This document shows, in pieces, positions 19,540-29,427 of a DNA stretch of 54,679 nt (within the stretch, counting starts at the first letter, position 1; every line of letters starts with the position of its first letter). Under the pieces are notes generated by a model. It was not told where the DNA came from. It saw only the letters and a program-made list of their open reading frames with translations, and did not search any database. The stretch is from contig CALADR010000255.1 of assembly GCA_937890845.1 (NCBI GenBank), forward strand, positions 1 through 54,679. The letters run 5' to 3'. The stretch comes from an uncultured Bacteroidales bacterium (GTDB lineage Bacteria; Bacteroidota; Bacteroidia; Bacteroidales; UBA932). The translations under genes were made by a program, and so were the position numbers.

Positions 19540-19968
19540 TTACTTTAACATCTTTTCATAATCGGGAGCTGAATTTACCGGTTCGTATCTCCCGTCTTTT
19601 CTTTCAAATATGAATGTCTTGAACCCGTTGGTTATAATTATATATTTGACATTCAATACCATATTATATCTTACGGCTTGCTCCAGAACTGCAGTGCCGA
19701 TTGGTATTTCAGGTCTTTTGCATTCTATGACAGCCAGTGGTTTTGCAGCCCTGTCATATATGATTATATCAGCCCTGAATTGTTTTTCCCCCAGTTTGAA
19801 ACTCACCTCACTCATCATCATATGTTTGGGAACAGACATTTGCCTGTTCAGCAAATCTATGAACCACTGCCTGACTTTTTCTTCAGGAGTGAGTGGAACT
19901 TCCTTTTTCCTTAGCGGATCCCAAATTGTGCAAGTTTCTTTCATATACTTCCGGTAATCACTCCGCAT
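19540..19968 (-). CDS. Stand-alone type I restriction HsdR N-terminal domain protein
   Basis: DPLRKK...TPEEKVRQ, RADII, IECK, QAVRYN, TNG (PD-(D/E)xK-like); start may be 19944. Confidence 0.8.
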   Translation of the reverse strand: MRSDYRKYMKETCTIWDPLRKKEVPLTPEEKVRQWFIDLLNRQMSVPKHMMMSEVSFKLGEKQFRADIIIYDRAAKPLAVIECKRPEIPIGTAVLEQAVRYNMVLNVKYIIITNGFKTFIFERKDGRYEPVNSAPDYEKMLK

Positions 19969-20489
19969 ATATCACAGGCTATTTCGTCAACGGTCTTGCC
20001 GTCTGTTTCAACAGTCACGCTGGAGCATGCTTCATACGTCCTGATTCTGTCTTTCAATATAGTACATATCCTTTGTCTCAACTCTGGGATACTGTTCGCC
20101 GATACTGAAATTAAAGGTCTTTTCCTGTAATCTTTTTCCAGATTTCTGACCAAAGTATCTGTCTCTGCTTTCAGGTAAATGCATTTTGTTTCTGTACAGA
20201 CTATTTCACGGCATTTCCCGGTCGTTAGAGTGCCTCCTCCGAGAGATATTATAGTCAGGCCATCTTTTTTACCGGATTTATATTCTGATATAATTTCCGA
20301 TAAAGCGTCGTATTCCTTTTCCCTGAATCCTGCCTCTCCGTATAGTGAGAAAATTTCTGGAATCTTCATATTTGCCATGTCTTCAATATAGGAATCAAGG
20401 TCAACGAATTTGCAGGATAGCAGTTCGTATAGTCTTTTTCCGACACTGCTTTTCCCGCATCCCATAAATCCTGTCAATGAAATTATCAT
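19941..20489 (-). CDS. aroK: Shikimate kinase
   Basis: GFMGCGKSSVG, DLD, GEAGFR, SLGGG, RP. Confidence 0.93.
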   Translation of the reverse strand: MIISLTGFMGCGKSSVGKRLYELLSCKFVDLDSYIEDMANMKIPEIFSLYGEAGFREKEYDALSEIISEYKSGKKDGLTIISLGGGTLTTGKCREIVCTETKCIYLKAETDTLVRNLEKDYRKRPLISVSANSIPELRQRICTILKDRIRTYEACSSVTVETDGKTVDEIACDICGVITGSI

Positions 20490-20518
20490 AGGCGCTATAC
20501 GGCAAAATCAGAAATTCA

Positions 20519-23203
20519 TTAGAACAAACTCAGCTGTTCATCATCATTTCCGCTATCCTTAATGTCGTTTTCCGGCAATTCAGTCTGAACTTCATTCTCC
20601 TGTTCTTCGTCATCATCAAAGTGAAGAGGCTCTCCGAAATGAAGTTCCTTTATTTCAAACTGACTGGCTCTTTTTCCCTTAGCCTGGATTCCTTTCTTTC
20701 CTATGAAACTTTCTGCATCGATTGTTTCGCTTTCGCGGTGTTCATGCTTTCCTCCGAATGTTATCTCTATCTGAGGATGTTTGTCATCGCTGATTGCCAC
20801 GAAGTATGATCCTTTCGCATCGGTTATAAAGCTTTGAGGATTGTTGTCGCTGACATCAAATGAAAATCTCTTTATATAGAAGCAATTTACAGATCCGTCA
20901 AAGTATATTGCAGTATATGTCTTTTCCGGATCGAGCTTTTCTATTTTCAGAAGATTTTCCTGATACCTGTTACTCAAATCAAAGGATGTGGTATAATATG
21001 TACCGTCCTGGAATACCGCCAGTATATGTTCATCTGAATCAAACTGTCCCAGATAGAGTCCTCTTCCGTCTTCATTCAGCCTGTTGATATCAGTGTCGAA
21101 CCATACGTCTTTTCCTCCTATTGTTGAAACACCTTTGGATTTGAGTCCGATTTTCTGTATAGGATTTTTGGATACCAGATTTCCTCTTGATGACCGTCCC
21201 TTTATGGCAAGCTGGGAAAAGTCATACTCAAGAGATGATTTTTTAAGCTTGGGTCTTGGCCTGAGATTTATCCTTACAGTTTCTGCTTCAGCATTTCCGT
21301 TGGCTGTGAACCAGAGAACGGCAGACCCGGGTGTTCCCATTGTAAGATCGTATTCCTTGTCCCTGGTAATACTTGTCACCGCAAACCTTTTTGCGTATGT
21401 CACGCTGCTCTTACCATCCCTGTAAATCGCGTTGTAAATGGTTCTGGAATCATTCCTGTCGAAAATTCCTACATACATGAGGTCTTTTCCGAAGAAAGCC
21501 TTATCGCTGACTTTGGTGACGCTGTATATTCCGTCTTTGCGGAAGACTATTATTTCTGACAGGTCAGAACATTCGCATACAAACTCCGCATTATCTTCCT
21601 TTTTGAGATTGATTCCGACAAACCCCTCTGAAAGATTTGCATATAGTTTGGCATTGTTGTTTACAACTCTGGTCGCTGTAATTGACTCGAAGTTAGTAAT
21701 TTCAGTAACTCGTGGATATTCTGATCCGTATTTCTTTTTCAGGTTTTTGAAGTATGCAATGGTGAATTCTGTAAGGTGGGACAGATGATTCGAAACCTCA
21801 TCAATTTCGTCTTCGATTCCCCTCAGTTTTTCATCCATGGCCTTGGTATCGAATTTCGATATTTTTCTTACAGGCTTTTCCACAAGTTTTGTGATGTCTT
21901 CCATCACAATTTCACGTTTTAGAAGAGCCTGATATTTTTTCATTTCAGCGAAAACTTCATTCAGCTGGTCTTCCCACGTCCGTGAGTCTCCTTCCAGAAT
22001 TTTATATACTCTGTTTTCGAAAAATATTTTTTCGAGGGAGCCGTAATGCCAGTCATTTTCAAGTTCATCAAGTCTTATCTGAAGTTCCTGTCCCAAAAGA
22101 TCCTTAGTATGCATTGTATCATACTTGAGAATATCTTCGACATTCAGGAATTGAGGCTTGTTATCTACTATGACACAGGCATTTGGAGAAATTGATACCT
22201 CGCAGTCGGTAAAAGCATACAGAGCATCGATTGTCTTGTCTGGAGAGACATCGTTTGGAAGATGAATTACCAGATTTGCCTGTTTGGTAGTGAGATCGTC
22301 GATTTTTTTAATCTTGATTTTTCCTTTATCCTTTGCTTTCAGGATAGATTCCACTACGATATGAGTAGTTTTGCCGAACGGAATTTCTGTAATCGCAATC
22401 GTATTCTTGTCTATTTTCTCAATCTTTGCTCTTACTTTTACAGTCCCTCCGCGCTGACCTTTGTTGTACTTCGAACAGTCTGCATAGCCACCAGTAGGAA
22501 AATCAGGGAAAATTTCAAAATCCTTTCCCTGAAGTATGGCGACAGAGGCATCAAGCAGTTCATTGAAGTTGTGTGGCAGAATTTTGGAGGCAAGTCCTAC
22601 GGCAATTCCTTCCGCTCCCTGGGCGAGAAGTAGAGGAAATTTTACAGGAAGTTCGACGGGCTCCAGATTTCTTCCATCGTAAGACGTCATCCAATTGGTG
22701 ATTTTCGGATTGAATACCACCTCTTTGGCAAATTTTGACAATCTTGCCTCGATATATCTGGCAGCTGCGTTTGAGTCTCCGGTAATGATGTTTCCCCAGT
22801 TACCCTGACAGTCAATAAGCAGATTCTTCTGACCTAACTGCACCAGGGCTCCAAGTATGGACGAATCTCCGTGCGGATGGAACTGCATGGCTTCACCCAC
22901 AAGGTTTGCAACCTTTGTATAATGTCCGTCGTCCTTGCGGTACATTGCATGCAGAACCCTGCGCTGTACTGGCTTGAGTCCGTCTATTATATGAGGAACG
23001 GCCCTTTGTAGAATGACATAAGAGGAGTAGTCCAGAAACCACTCCTTGAACATCCCTGAAAGTTTGTATTTTCTGCTGTTTTCATTTAGAAGCCTGTCAA
23101 ATTTTCCGGACGATGGTGTCCCTTCTTCGACAGGTGCTTCATTGAAATCATCTTCCTGTTCTTCAACAGGAAGATCCATATCGTCCATATCCATCTCTTT
23201 CAC
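20519..23203 (-). CDS. parC: DNA topoisomerase IV / gyrase subunit A (Bacteroidota ParC-type)
   Basis: RAVPHIIDGLKPVQRR, HPHGDSS, AAARYIEARL, PDFPTGG. Confidence 0.85.
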   Translation of the reverse strand: MKEMDMDDMDLPVEEQEDDFNEAPVEEGTPSSGKFDRLLNENSRKYKLSGMFKEWFLDYSSYVILQRAVPHIIDGLKPVQRRVLHAMYRKDDGHYTKVANLVGEAMQFHPHGDSSILGALVQLGQKNLLIDCQGNWGNIITGDSNAAARYIEARLSKFAKEVVFNPKITNWMTSYDGRNLEPVELPVKFPLLLAQGAEGIAVGLASKILPHNFNELLDASVAILQGKDFEIFPDFPTGGYADCSKYNKGQRGGTVKVRAKIEKIDKNTIAITEIPFGKTTHIVVESILKAKDKGKIKIKKIDDLTTKQANLVIHLPNDVSPDKTIDALYAFTDCEVSISPNACVIVDNKPQFLNVEDILKYDTMHTKDLLGQELQIRLDELENDWHYGSLEKIFFENRVYKILEGDSRTWEDQLNEVFAEMKKYQALLKREIVMEDITKLVEKPVRKISKFDTKAMDEKLRGIEDEIDEVSNHLSHLTEFTIAYFKNLKKKYGSEYPRVTEITNFESITATRVVNNNAKLYANLSEGFVGINLKKEDNAEFVCECSDLSEIIVFRKDGIYSVTKVSDKAFFGKDLMYVGIFDRNDSRTIYNAIYRDGKSSVTYAKRFAVTSITRDKEYDLTMGTPGSAVLWFTANGNAEAETVRINLRPRPKLKKSSLEYDFSQLAIKGRSSRGNLVSKNPIQKIGLKSKGVSTIGGKDVWFDTDINRLNEDGRGLYLGQFDSDEHILAVFQDGTYYTTSFDLSNRYQENLLKIEKLDPEKTYTAIYFDGSVNCFYIKRFSFDVSDNNPQSFITDAKGSYFVAISDDKHPQIEITFGGKHEHRESETIDAESFIGKKGIQAKGKRASQFEIKELHFGEPLHFDDDEEQENEVQTELPENDIKDSGNDDEQLSLF

Positions 23204-23213
23204 AAAAAAAGTT

Positions 23214-24104
23214 TTAGTATTCGTAACCGAACTTCTTGAGTTCCCTTTTGTTTTCCCTCCAGTCCTGATCTACTTTTACAAAAAGTCTGAGGAATACTTT
23301 CTTCTGGAAGAAGTCTTCCATTTCGATTCTCGCCTGTGTGCCTACCTTCTTCAGCGCGGCTCCGCCCTTTCCTATTATGATGCCTTTCTGGGAATTACGC
23401 ATTACATAAATGACAGCGCTTATATCATATCTGTCATCTCCCTCTTTGAATTCTTCCACACTTACTTCACAGCAATAAGGTATTTCCTGACTGTAGTTCA
23501 GCAAGATTTTCTCACGTATTATCTCAGAGGCAAAGAATCTCAGATTCTTGTCGGTAAATACATCTTTGTCATACCAGGCAGGCGCTACGGGCAGATGGCT
23601 CAGAATTGAATCGAACACATTGTCAAGATTGAACCGCTCCTGTGCTGAAACAGGGAAAATGACAGCCTGGGGAAGCTGTCCTTTCCACCAGGCTATCAAA
23701 TCATTGACCTGTTCCTGAGTACTGATGTCAATCTTGTTGATAACCAGTATGACAGGACATTCTATTTTTTTGAGTTTTTCGATATACTCGGCATTTTTGT
23801 CCCCGGTTTCAACAGTATCAGTCACATACAGGATTATGTCGGCGTCTCCTATTGCGGTTTCAACAAAATCCATCATGCTTTTCTGCAGCCTGTAGTTGGG
23901 TTTCAGGATACCGGGAGTATCGGAATAGACTATCTGGTAGTCTTCTCCGTTTACAATTCCCATTATTCTGTGTCTAGTAGTCTGTGCCTTTGCTGTCACT
24001 ATGGACAGCTTCTCTCCTACGAGTGCATTCATTAAAGTGGATTTACCGACATTTGGATTACCTATTATGTTGACAAATCCTGCACGATGTCTGTTTTCGC
24101 TCAT
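23214..24104 (-). CDS. era: GTPase Era
   Basis: GNPNVGKST, QTTR, DTPG, NKID, KH-domain IIGKGG; start refined to MSENRH. Confidence 0.96.
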   Translation of the reverse strand: MSENRHRAGFVNIIGNPNVGKSTLMNALVGEKLSIVTAKAQTTRHRIMGIVNGEDYQIVYSDTPGILKPNYRLQKSMMDFVETAIGDADIILYVTDTVETGDKNAEYIEKLKKIECPVILVINKIDISTQEQVNDLIAWWKGQLPQAVIFPVSAQERFNLDNVFDSILSHLPVAPAWYDKDVFTDKNLRFFASEIIREKILLNYSQEIPYCCEVSVEEFKEGDDRYDISAVIYVMRNSQKGIIIGKGGAALKKVGTQARIEMEDFFQKKVFLRLFVKVDQDWRENKRELKKFGYEY

Positions 24105-24105
24105 A

Positions 24106-25461
24106 TTATACGTATGCTCCCATTTTAAGAACGTTGGTTTCTCCTGTAGAAAGGTATCTCCAGGCTCCTCTTTTAAGTCCTTTTTTAGTAAGACCTGCAA
24201 AATAGACTCTGTCAAGGGCTTTTACGGTATATCCGAGTGATTCGAATATTCTCCTTACAATTCTGTTCTTTCCAGAGTGGATTTCTATTCCGAGCTTTCT
24301 GCGGTCATTTTCGTCTATGTATTCAAGTTCGTCTGCTGCAATCACACCGTCAGTAAGTTCGATTCCGCTCAGGATATGATCGAAATCTTCCTGTCTGAGG
24401 TCCTTGTCCAGGCTTACCTGATAAATCTTTTTCTTGTCGTATGACGGATGGGTAAGCTTTTCCGCTATTTCGCCGTCGTTGGTGAACATAAGTACTCCTG
24501 TAGTGTTCTTGTCAAGCCTTCCTACAGGGAATACCCTGGCGTCGCATCCTTTCAGCAGGTCCATGACGGTCTTTTCGGCGTGCGGGTCGCTGGCTGTTGT
24601 TACAAAACCTTTCGGCTTGTTCATCACGATATATACTTTCTCTTCCCCTTTAAGTCTTTCGCCATTGAAACGTATGTCGTCGTTCTTGATATTCACTTTT
24701 GTTCCGAGTTCGGTTACGACTTCACCGTTTACTGTTACGACTCCGGCAAGTATGAGGTTGTCAGCTTCACGTCTTGAGCAGACGCCTGAGTTTGCTATGA
24801 ATTTATTGAGCCTTACCTCTTCCTTTACCGGGATGTTTATCATATCATTGTCAGAAAAACTGTTGTCATTCAACTGAGGTTTTCTGTTAATCATACGGTT
24901 TATTCCCAAAGTAGCGCTGTCCGGCTGGCGTCTTGTACCAGGCTTTCCTGCAGGGGTTCCGAATTTCCTTCCCCTGTTGTCAAAGCTTCTTCTTCCGCCA
25001 TCATTGAATGACCTTCTTGATGATGGTCTTCCTTCGACGAAACTTCTTCTTTGGTCATTTCCATAAGAACTTGTCCTTCCTTCTCCTTCTCCGAAATTTC
25101 TTCCTGAAGGCTTTCTGCCACCGAAGCTCTTGCCTCCTTCTCCATAGCTTCTGTTCTGGCCATAGTTCCTTCCGCCTTCTCCATAACTTTTTCCTGAGCC
25201 GTAGCTTCTACGTTCAGAGTAGCCTGAATTTCTCCTGTCGGATGATCTGTAGCTGCTTCTCTCTCCTGAAAAAGAAGTCCTTCTGCGCTCAGAGTAAGAT
25301 GAGCCACCTTCTGCAGTACCTGAAACTCCGTTTTTTCTGTGACGTAGTTTCCTTCCTGCCTGGGAGTATTCCCCTGTGTAGCTCTTCTCCTGATGTCTTT
25401 CATTTCCGTAGTCTCTACGGTTTTCGCGGCCTTCGTAGCCGTTTCTTCTGTAATTTTCCAT
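24106..25461 (-). CDS. rluB: 23S rRNA pseudouridine synthase (RluB/RsuA family) with a long R/G/S-rich N-terminus
   Basis: S4 domain RLNKFIANSGVCSRREAD, NKPKG, VGRLD, GKNRIVRR. Confidence 0.85.
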   Translation of the reverse strand: MENYRRNGYEGRENRRDYGNERHQEKSYTGEYSQAGRKLRHRKNGVSGTAEGGSSYSERRRTSFSGERSSYRSSDRRNSGYSERRSYGSGKSYGEGGRNYGQNRSYGEGGKSFGGRKPSGRNFGEGEGRTSSYGNDQRRSFVEGRPSSRRSFNDGGRRSFDNRGRKFGTPAGKPGTRRQPDSATLGINRMINRKPQLNDNSFSDNDMINIPVKEEVRLNKFIANSGVCSRREADNLILAGVVTVNGEVVTELGTKVNIKNDDIRFNGERLKGEEKVYIVMNKPKGFVTTASDPHAEKTVMDLLKGCDARVFPVGRLDKNTTGVLMFTNDGEIAEKLTHPSYDKKKIYQVSLDKDLRQEDFDHILSGIELTDGVIAADELEYIDENDRRKLGIEIHSGKNRIVRRIFESLGYTVKALDRVYFAGLTKKGLKRGAWRYLSTGETNVLKMGAYV

Positions 25462-25530
25462 TGTTTCTGAACCCTTCCCGGGCTTGATAAAATTGTTTAT
25501 GTAATTGATGGCTCACGCCATCGGTGTTTA

Positions 25531-26316
25531 TTATTTTTTCAAATTGAATTTATATGTAATGGTTCCTTCCTGTACTGGAGGCGCGGAACTGCTCATATTG
25601 AACCTTGATTCAAGAGCGGCCTTTTTCGCAGCCTCCCACAGTGTCTTGTCAGTAACCGTTGTCCCTTGTATTCCCGGCACCGCTTCAAGTACCTTGCCAT
25701 ATTGGTCAACTTTGATACGTACTACTACAATGCCTGAATTCTGAACAGAATATACCGGATTTGGAAGAGCTCCCAACACCGTTCTTCCGGAGAGTTTTGC
25801 ATTAGGGCTTCCGTCAGTATTTCCGGTTTTCGTATTTCCCTGTGCATGACCCGCCTTCAGAGCATCGCTTACCTTGTGAGCAGTCTGTGCCGCAAGGGTA
25901 TCTTTGTTTGTCTTATTGTCGGCAGAATGGAACAAAGCGCGCTTGTCAATCTCCTTTTTACGAGGCGGTTGTGGGGTTTCTACATCTCCGAAATCATCGT
26001 TTATGGATTCAGGAGCCTCGTTGGCCTTGGTGCCCTTATGCTGAGCTTCCGATGCCTGGACAAGTTTTATATCCTTGGATGGATCTGCATTTACGGCTCT
26101 CGGCTGGGTTCCTGTCCTGATCTGTTTCGGCTTGAATGTCTCGCTTTCGGAGAAGTCTATCAGAATGGACTGTTCCTGAGGCGGTGGATATATGTATTTC
26201 AGTCCGCTGACTGCTCCGGCCCCCAATATACAAACATGCACAGCCACCGTAACTGTGATGCCTGTGATTTTAGCCAGTCTTTCCTGCCGTGCGCGTTCGT
26301 ATTTGTAATGTTCCAT
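25531..26316 (-). CDS. tonB: TonB-family energy transducer
   Basis: N-terminal TM with His (VAVHV); C-terminal GIVVVRIKVDQYGKV...QEGTITYKF; follows exbBD. Confidence 0.78.
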   Translation of the reverse strand: MEHYKYERARQERLAKITGITVTVAVHVCILGAGAVSGLKYIYPPPQEQSILIDFSESETFKPKQIRTGTQPRAVNADPSKDIKLVQASEAQHKGTKANEAPESINDDFGDVETPQPPRKKEIDKRALFHSADNKTNKDTLAAQTAHKVSDALKAGHAQGNTKTGNTDGSPNAKLSGRTVLGALPNPVYSVQNSGIVVVRIKVDQYGKVLEAVPGIQGTTVTDKTLWEAAKKAALESRFNMSSSAPPVQEGTITYKFNLKK

Positions 26317-26323
26317 ACCTTTT

Positions 26324-26737
26324 TTATTCCGGTGATGTGGCCAAGATTACTTTATAGTGATTTCTTTTGGCTATATTCATAACCTGGACAACTTCCTTGA
26401 TAGGGACACTCTCGTCTGCATAGATTGAAAATGTCGGATCCTCCTCAGTCTGCAGCAGTTCTACCAATTCGTCTTCTATCTTGTCAAAGCGGACAGGGGT
26501 CTTGTCTCCGTTTATATGATATGAGAAAGAGTCTGTGTCCTGATAGTGCTTGATGGAAACGCTGACTGTAGCTTTGGCGGATACCTGTCCTGTACTTTTA
26601 GGCAGCAGAAGCTTCAATGCATTCGGATTTACGAGTGTAGAAGTTACCAGGAAGAAAATCAGCAATAGAAACACAATGTCTGTCATAGAAGACATTGAGA
26701 ATCCTGAATCTACCTTTGTATTTCTCTTGATTGCCAT
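26324..26737 (-). CDS. exbD: Biopolymer transporter ExbD
   Basis: SSMTDIVFLLLIFFLV, ADESVP...VVQVM. Confidence 0.92.
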   Translation of the reverse strand: MAIKRNTKVDSGFSMSSMTDIVFLLLIFFLVTSTLVNPNALKLLLPKSTGQVSAKATVSVSIKHYQDTDSFSYHINGDKTPVRFDKIEDELVELLQTEEDPTFSIYADESVPIKEVVQVMNIAKRNHYKVILATSPE

Positions 26738-26748
26738 ATTGTACCTGA

Positions 26749-27456
26749 TTATTTGGCTGAATCTGCCGGTTCATGCAGAAGATCCATAAAGTCTATAGTG
26801 GTGCTTTCCATCTTGAAAACCAGGTCTGAAATCCTGGATGTAAGGTAGTTGTATCCGAAGTAGGCAAGAATGCCGACAATAAGTCCGCCGACAGTGGTTA
26901 CCATTGCGGTATAGATACCTCCTGACAGAAGGGTTATATCAATGTTATTCCCTGCGTTTGACATATTGAAGAATGCCTGGATCATACCCATTACTGTACC
27001 AAGGAATCCGATCATCGGTGCGCCTCCTGCAATGGTTGCAAGCATCGGAAGACCTTTTTCAAGTCTTGCCACTTCTACATTACCCATGTTTTCCACAGCA
27101 GTCTGGATATCCTGTAAAGGACGTCCTATGCGCTCTATTCCTTTCTCTACAAGTCTGGCAATAGGAGAATCGTATTTCTGGCAAAGCTCTACGGCAGACT
27201 TTATTTTGCCGTCATGAATCAGACTGTGGATGTCTTTCATGAAATTCTTGTCTATCATGCTTGCCTTGCGGATCATCCAGAATTTTTTTCCGAAGATGTA
27301 GATCGCGAGGATAGAAAGAGCCAGAAGGACGAGCATCAGCCATCCGCCCTTGGCTGCCATCTTGATAAGGGAAAAAGTTACCTCTTGCTGCTGAGGAAGC
27401 ATGTCACCGGCTACAGCGGCTGTGTCGATGCTGGACTGTAAAAGATTGAAAAGCAT
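26749..27456 (-). CDS. exbB: MotA/TolQ/ExbB proton channel
   Basis: APMIGFLGTVMGMI, GIYTAMVTTVGGL. Confidence 0.92.
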   Translation of the reverse strand: MLFNLLQSSIDTAAVAGDMLPQQQEVTFSLIKMAAKGGWLMLVLLALSILAIYIFGKKFWMIRKASMIDKNFMKDIHSLIHDGKIKSAVELCQKYDSPIARLVEKGIERIGRPLQDIQTAVENMGNVEVARLEKGLPMLATIAGGAPMIGFLGTVMGMIQAFFNMSNAGNNIDITLLSGGIYTAMVTTVGGLIVGILAYFGYNYLTSRISDLVFKMESTTIDFMDLLHEPADSAK

Positions 27457-27497
27457 TGTCTTTATCTTGTATTTTTAGTTTTATATTCAATGAACTG

Positions 27498-27505
27498 CAA
27501 AAATA
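27498..27505 (-). promoter_or_regulatory. -7 box (TATTTTTG) for the exbB-exbD-tonB run
   Basis: Reverse complement of CAAAAATA, 41 bp upstream of the exbB ATG. Confidence 0.55.
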
Positions 27506-27539
27506 GACAAAAAATTGGAATTATTGATATCTGTCTTTT

Positions 27540-27575
27540 GCAATTTCAGCGAGCAATTTCAGCGAGCAATTTCAG
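27540..27575. repeat. 13-bp tandem repeat GCAATTTCAGCGA, about 2.8 copies
   Basis: gcaatttcagcga gcaatttcagcga gcaatttcag read directly. Confidence 0.9.
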
Positions 27576-27583
27576 TACTGCTG

Positions 27584-28360
27584 CTAATATGTGACTTCAC
27601 TCAGGAATAGCGCGTTTCCAGGTACAGATTCTCCGGCATCGGAACGTTTTCCTGACAAAATAAGATTTTCGAACCATGCGTAGTCTCTTTTTCCGCGTCC
27701 GACATCTACGAGGGAGCCGACAACAGCTCTAACCATGTTTCTGAGAAATCTGTCCGCCCTTATGGTAAACACTATATAATCTCCTTCTTTGGCCGGGAAC
27801 CCCATTTCTGCCACATGGACCGGGGAGTATGCTTTCCACCCGGCATGTGTAACCGAGCAGATTGAAGTCTTGTTGTTTCCTCCTGTTTTTTCAAAGCAAC
27901 TGAAGTCGTGACATCCGAGCAGTAGTGATGCGGCTTCGTTCATTCTGTCTATATCCAGTGGGTAGCGGCAGTACCAGGAGAAATTTTCCATAAACGGGTC
28001 TTTTTTTCTGTGGATAAAATAATGGTATTCTCTGGATGTGGCTGAAAATCTGGCATGAAATTCAGATGAGGTTTGTGCTATCTCGTGAATGATGATGGAT
28101 TTAGGTAGGATGGCATTCAATTTGTAAGCAAGTTTTTCTGCGTCGGGGACGGTCACGGAATCGTCTGTGTCGAAGTGGGCTATATAATTGACTGCGTTGA
28201 CACCTGTATCTGTCCTTCCGGCTCCAGTTACGGTAGTTTCGGATTCCAGAAGCACTGAAAGTGCTTTCTGGAGTTCTTCTTGGATGCTTTTCTGATGCTT
28301 TTGGATCTGCCATCCGAAAAAATATGAGCCGTTATATGAAAACCGAATAGAATATCGCAT
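27584..28360 (-). CDS. truA: tRNA pseudouridine(38-40) synthase
   Basis: SYNGSYFFGWQIQ, GAGRTDTGV, FHARF, HDFSCF, RFLRNMVR. Confidence 0.95.
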   Translation of the reverse strand: MRYSIRFSYNGSYFFGWQIQKHQKSIQEELQKALSVLLESETTVTGAGRTDTGVNAVNYIAHFDTDDSVTVPDAEKLAYKLNAILPKSIIIHEIAQTSSEFHARFSATSREYHYFIHRKKDPFMENFSWYCRYPLDIDRMNEAASLLLGCHDFSCFEKTGGNNKTSICSVTHAGWKAYSPVHVAEMGFPAKEGDYIVFTIRADRFLRNMVRAVVGSLVDVGRGKRDYAWFENLILSGKRSDAGESVPGNALFLSEVTY

Positions 28361-28381
28361 ACTTTGTAATGTGAAAATTTG

Positions 28382-28412
28382 TAACTTTGAAAGATTTTGT
28401 TTTGCAAAAATA
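28382..28412. promoter_or_regulatory. Face-to-face -7 boxes for moxR (+, TAACTTTG 28382-28389) and truA (-, TATTTTTG 28405-28412)
   Basis: Two exact TAnnTTTG matches in the 74-bp divergent gap. Confidence 0.55.
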
Positions 28413-28434
28413 TTAAAAATTAAGACATAATTAT

Positions 28435-29427
28435 ATGGAGAGCGTGAACATTAAAGAACTAAATGACCGTATCCAGAAGGAAAGTTCATTTGTCGATATT
28501 CTCACTATGGAGATGGGAAAGGTGATTGTGGGGCAGAAATCTCTTGTGGAGAATCTCCTTATCGGACTTCTTGCAAATGGACATATTCTTCTGGAAGGTG
28601 TTCCCGGATTGGCAAAGACACTGGCTATTAACACACTTGCTTCGGCAGTCGATGCGAAGTTCAGTCGAATTCAGTTTACTCCAGACTTGTTGCCGGCCGA
28701 TGTTATCGGAACATTGATTTATTCACAGAAAAGCGAACAGTTCCAGATAAGAAAAGGTCCGATTTTCGCCAATTTCGTGCTGGCGGATGAGATTAACCGT
28801 TCGCCTGCAAAGGTACAGTCAGCATTGCTTGAGGCTATGCAGGAAAGGCAGGTGACCATTGGTGACGAGACTTTCAAGCTTCCTGAGCCATTTCTTGTAA
28901 TGGCTACACAGAACCCTATAGAGCAGGAGGGTACATATCCTCTTCCAGAGGCTCAGGTTGACCGTTTTATGCTGAAGGTGGTTGTGGATTATCCTAAAAA
29001 GGAAGAAGAGAGGATGATTGTCCGTATGAATAATACAGGCGAGTTTCCGAAAGCTTCTCCGATTCTTAAGCCGGAAGATATAGTACGTGCAAGGCAGGTT
29101 GTGAGGGATGTTTATATGGATGAAAAGATCGAGAGGTATATAGTGGATATCGTATATGCGACCAGAACTCCTCAGGATTATAATCTGTCCAAACTTTCAA
29201 GTCTTATTTCTTATGGTGCTTCTCCTCGTGCCAGCATATCTCTTTCAATGGCGTCAAAGGCGTATGCTTTTATAAAGAGAAGAGGATATGTAATACCTGA
29301 AGATGTGAGGGCTGTTTGCAATGAAGTGCTCCGTCACAGGATAGGATTGACATACGAGGCTGAAGCCGAGAATGTAACGACAGAGAATATTATAGCTGAA
29401 ATAATAAATGCGGTAGAGGTTCCATAA
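28435..29427 (+). CDS. moxR: MoxR-family AAA+ ATPase
   Basis: LEGVPGLAKT, RIQFTPDLLPAD, ADEINR, ATQNPIEQEGTYPLPEAQVDRF. Confidence 0.95.
   Translation: MESVNIKELNDRIQKESSFVDILTMEMGKVIVGQKSLVENLLIGLLANGHILLEGVPGLAKTLAINTLASAVDAKFSRIQFTPDLLPADVIGTLIYSQKSEQFQIRKGPIFANFVLADEINRSPAKVQSALLEAMQERQVTIGDETFKLPEPFLVMATQNPIEQEGTYPLPEAQVDRFMLKVVVDYPKKEEERMIVRMNNTGEFPKASPILKPEDIVRARQVVRDVYMDEKIERYIVDIVYATRTPQDYNLSKLSSLISYGASPRASISLSMASKAYAFIKRRGYVIPEDVRAVCNEVLRHRIGLTYEAEAENVTTENIIAEIINAVEVP

Noticed and set aside
19540..19968. HsdR N-terminal gene as a restriction/defence system
   Set aside because: No hsdM/hsdS or helicase part; this stand-alone gene is a usual Bacteroidota housekeeping neighbour.
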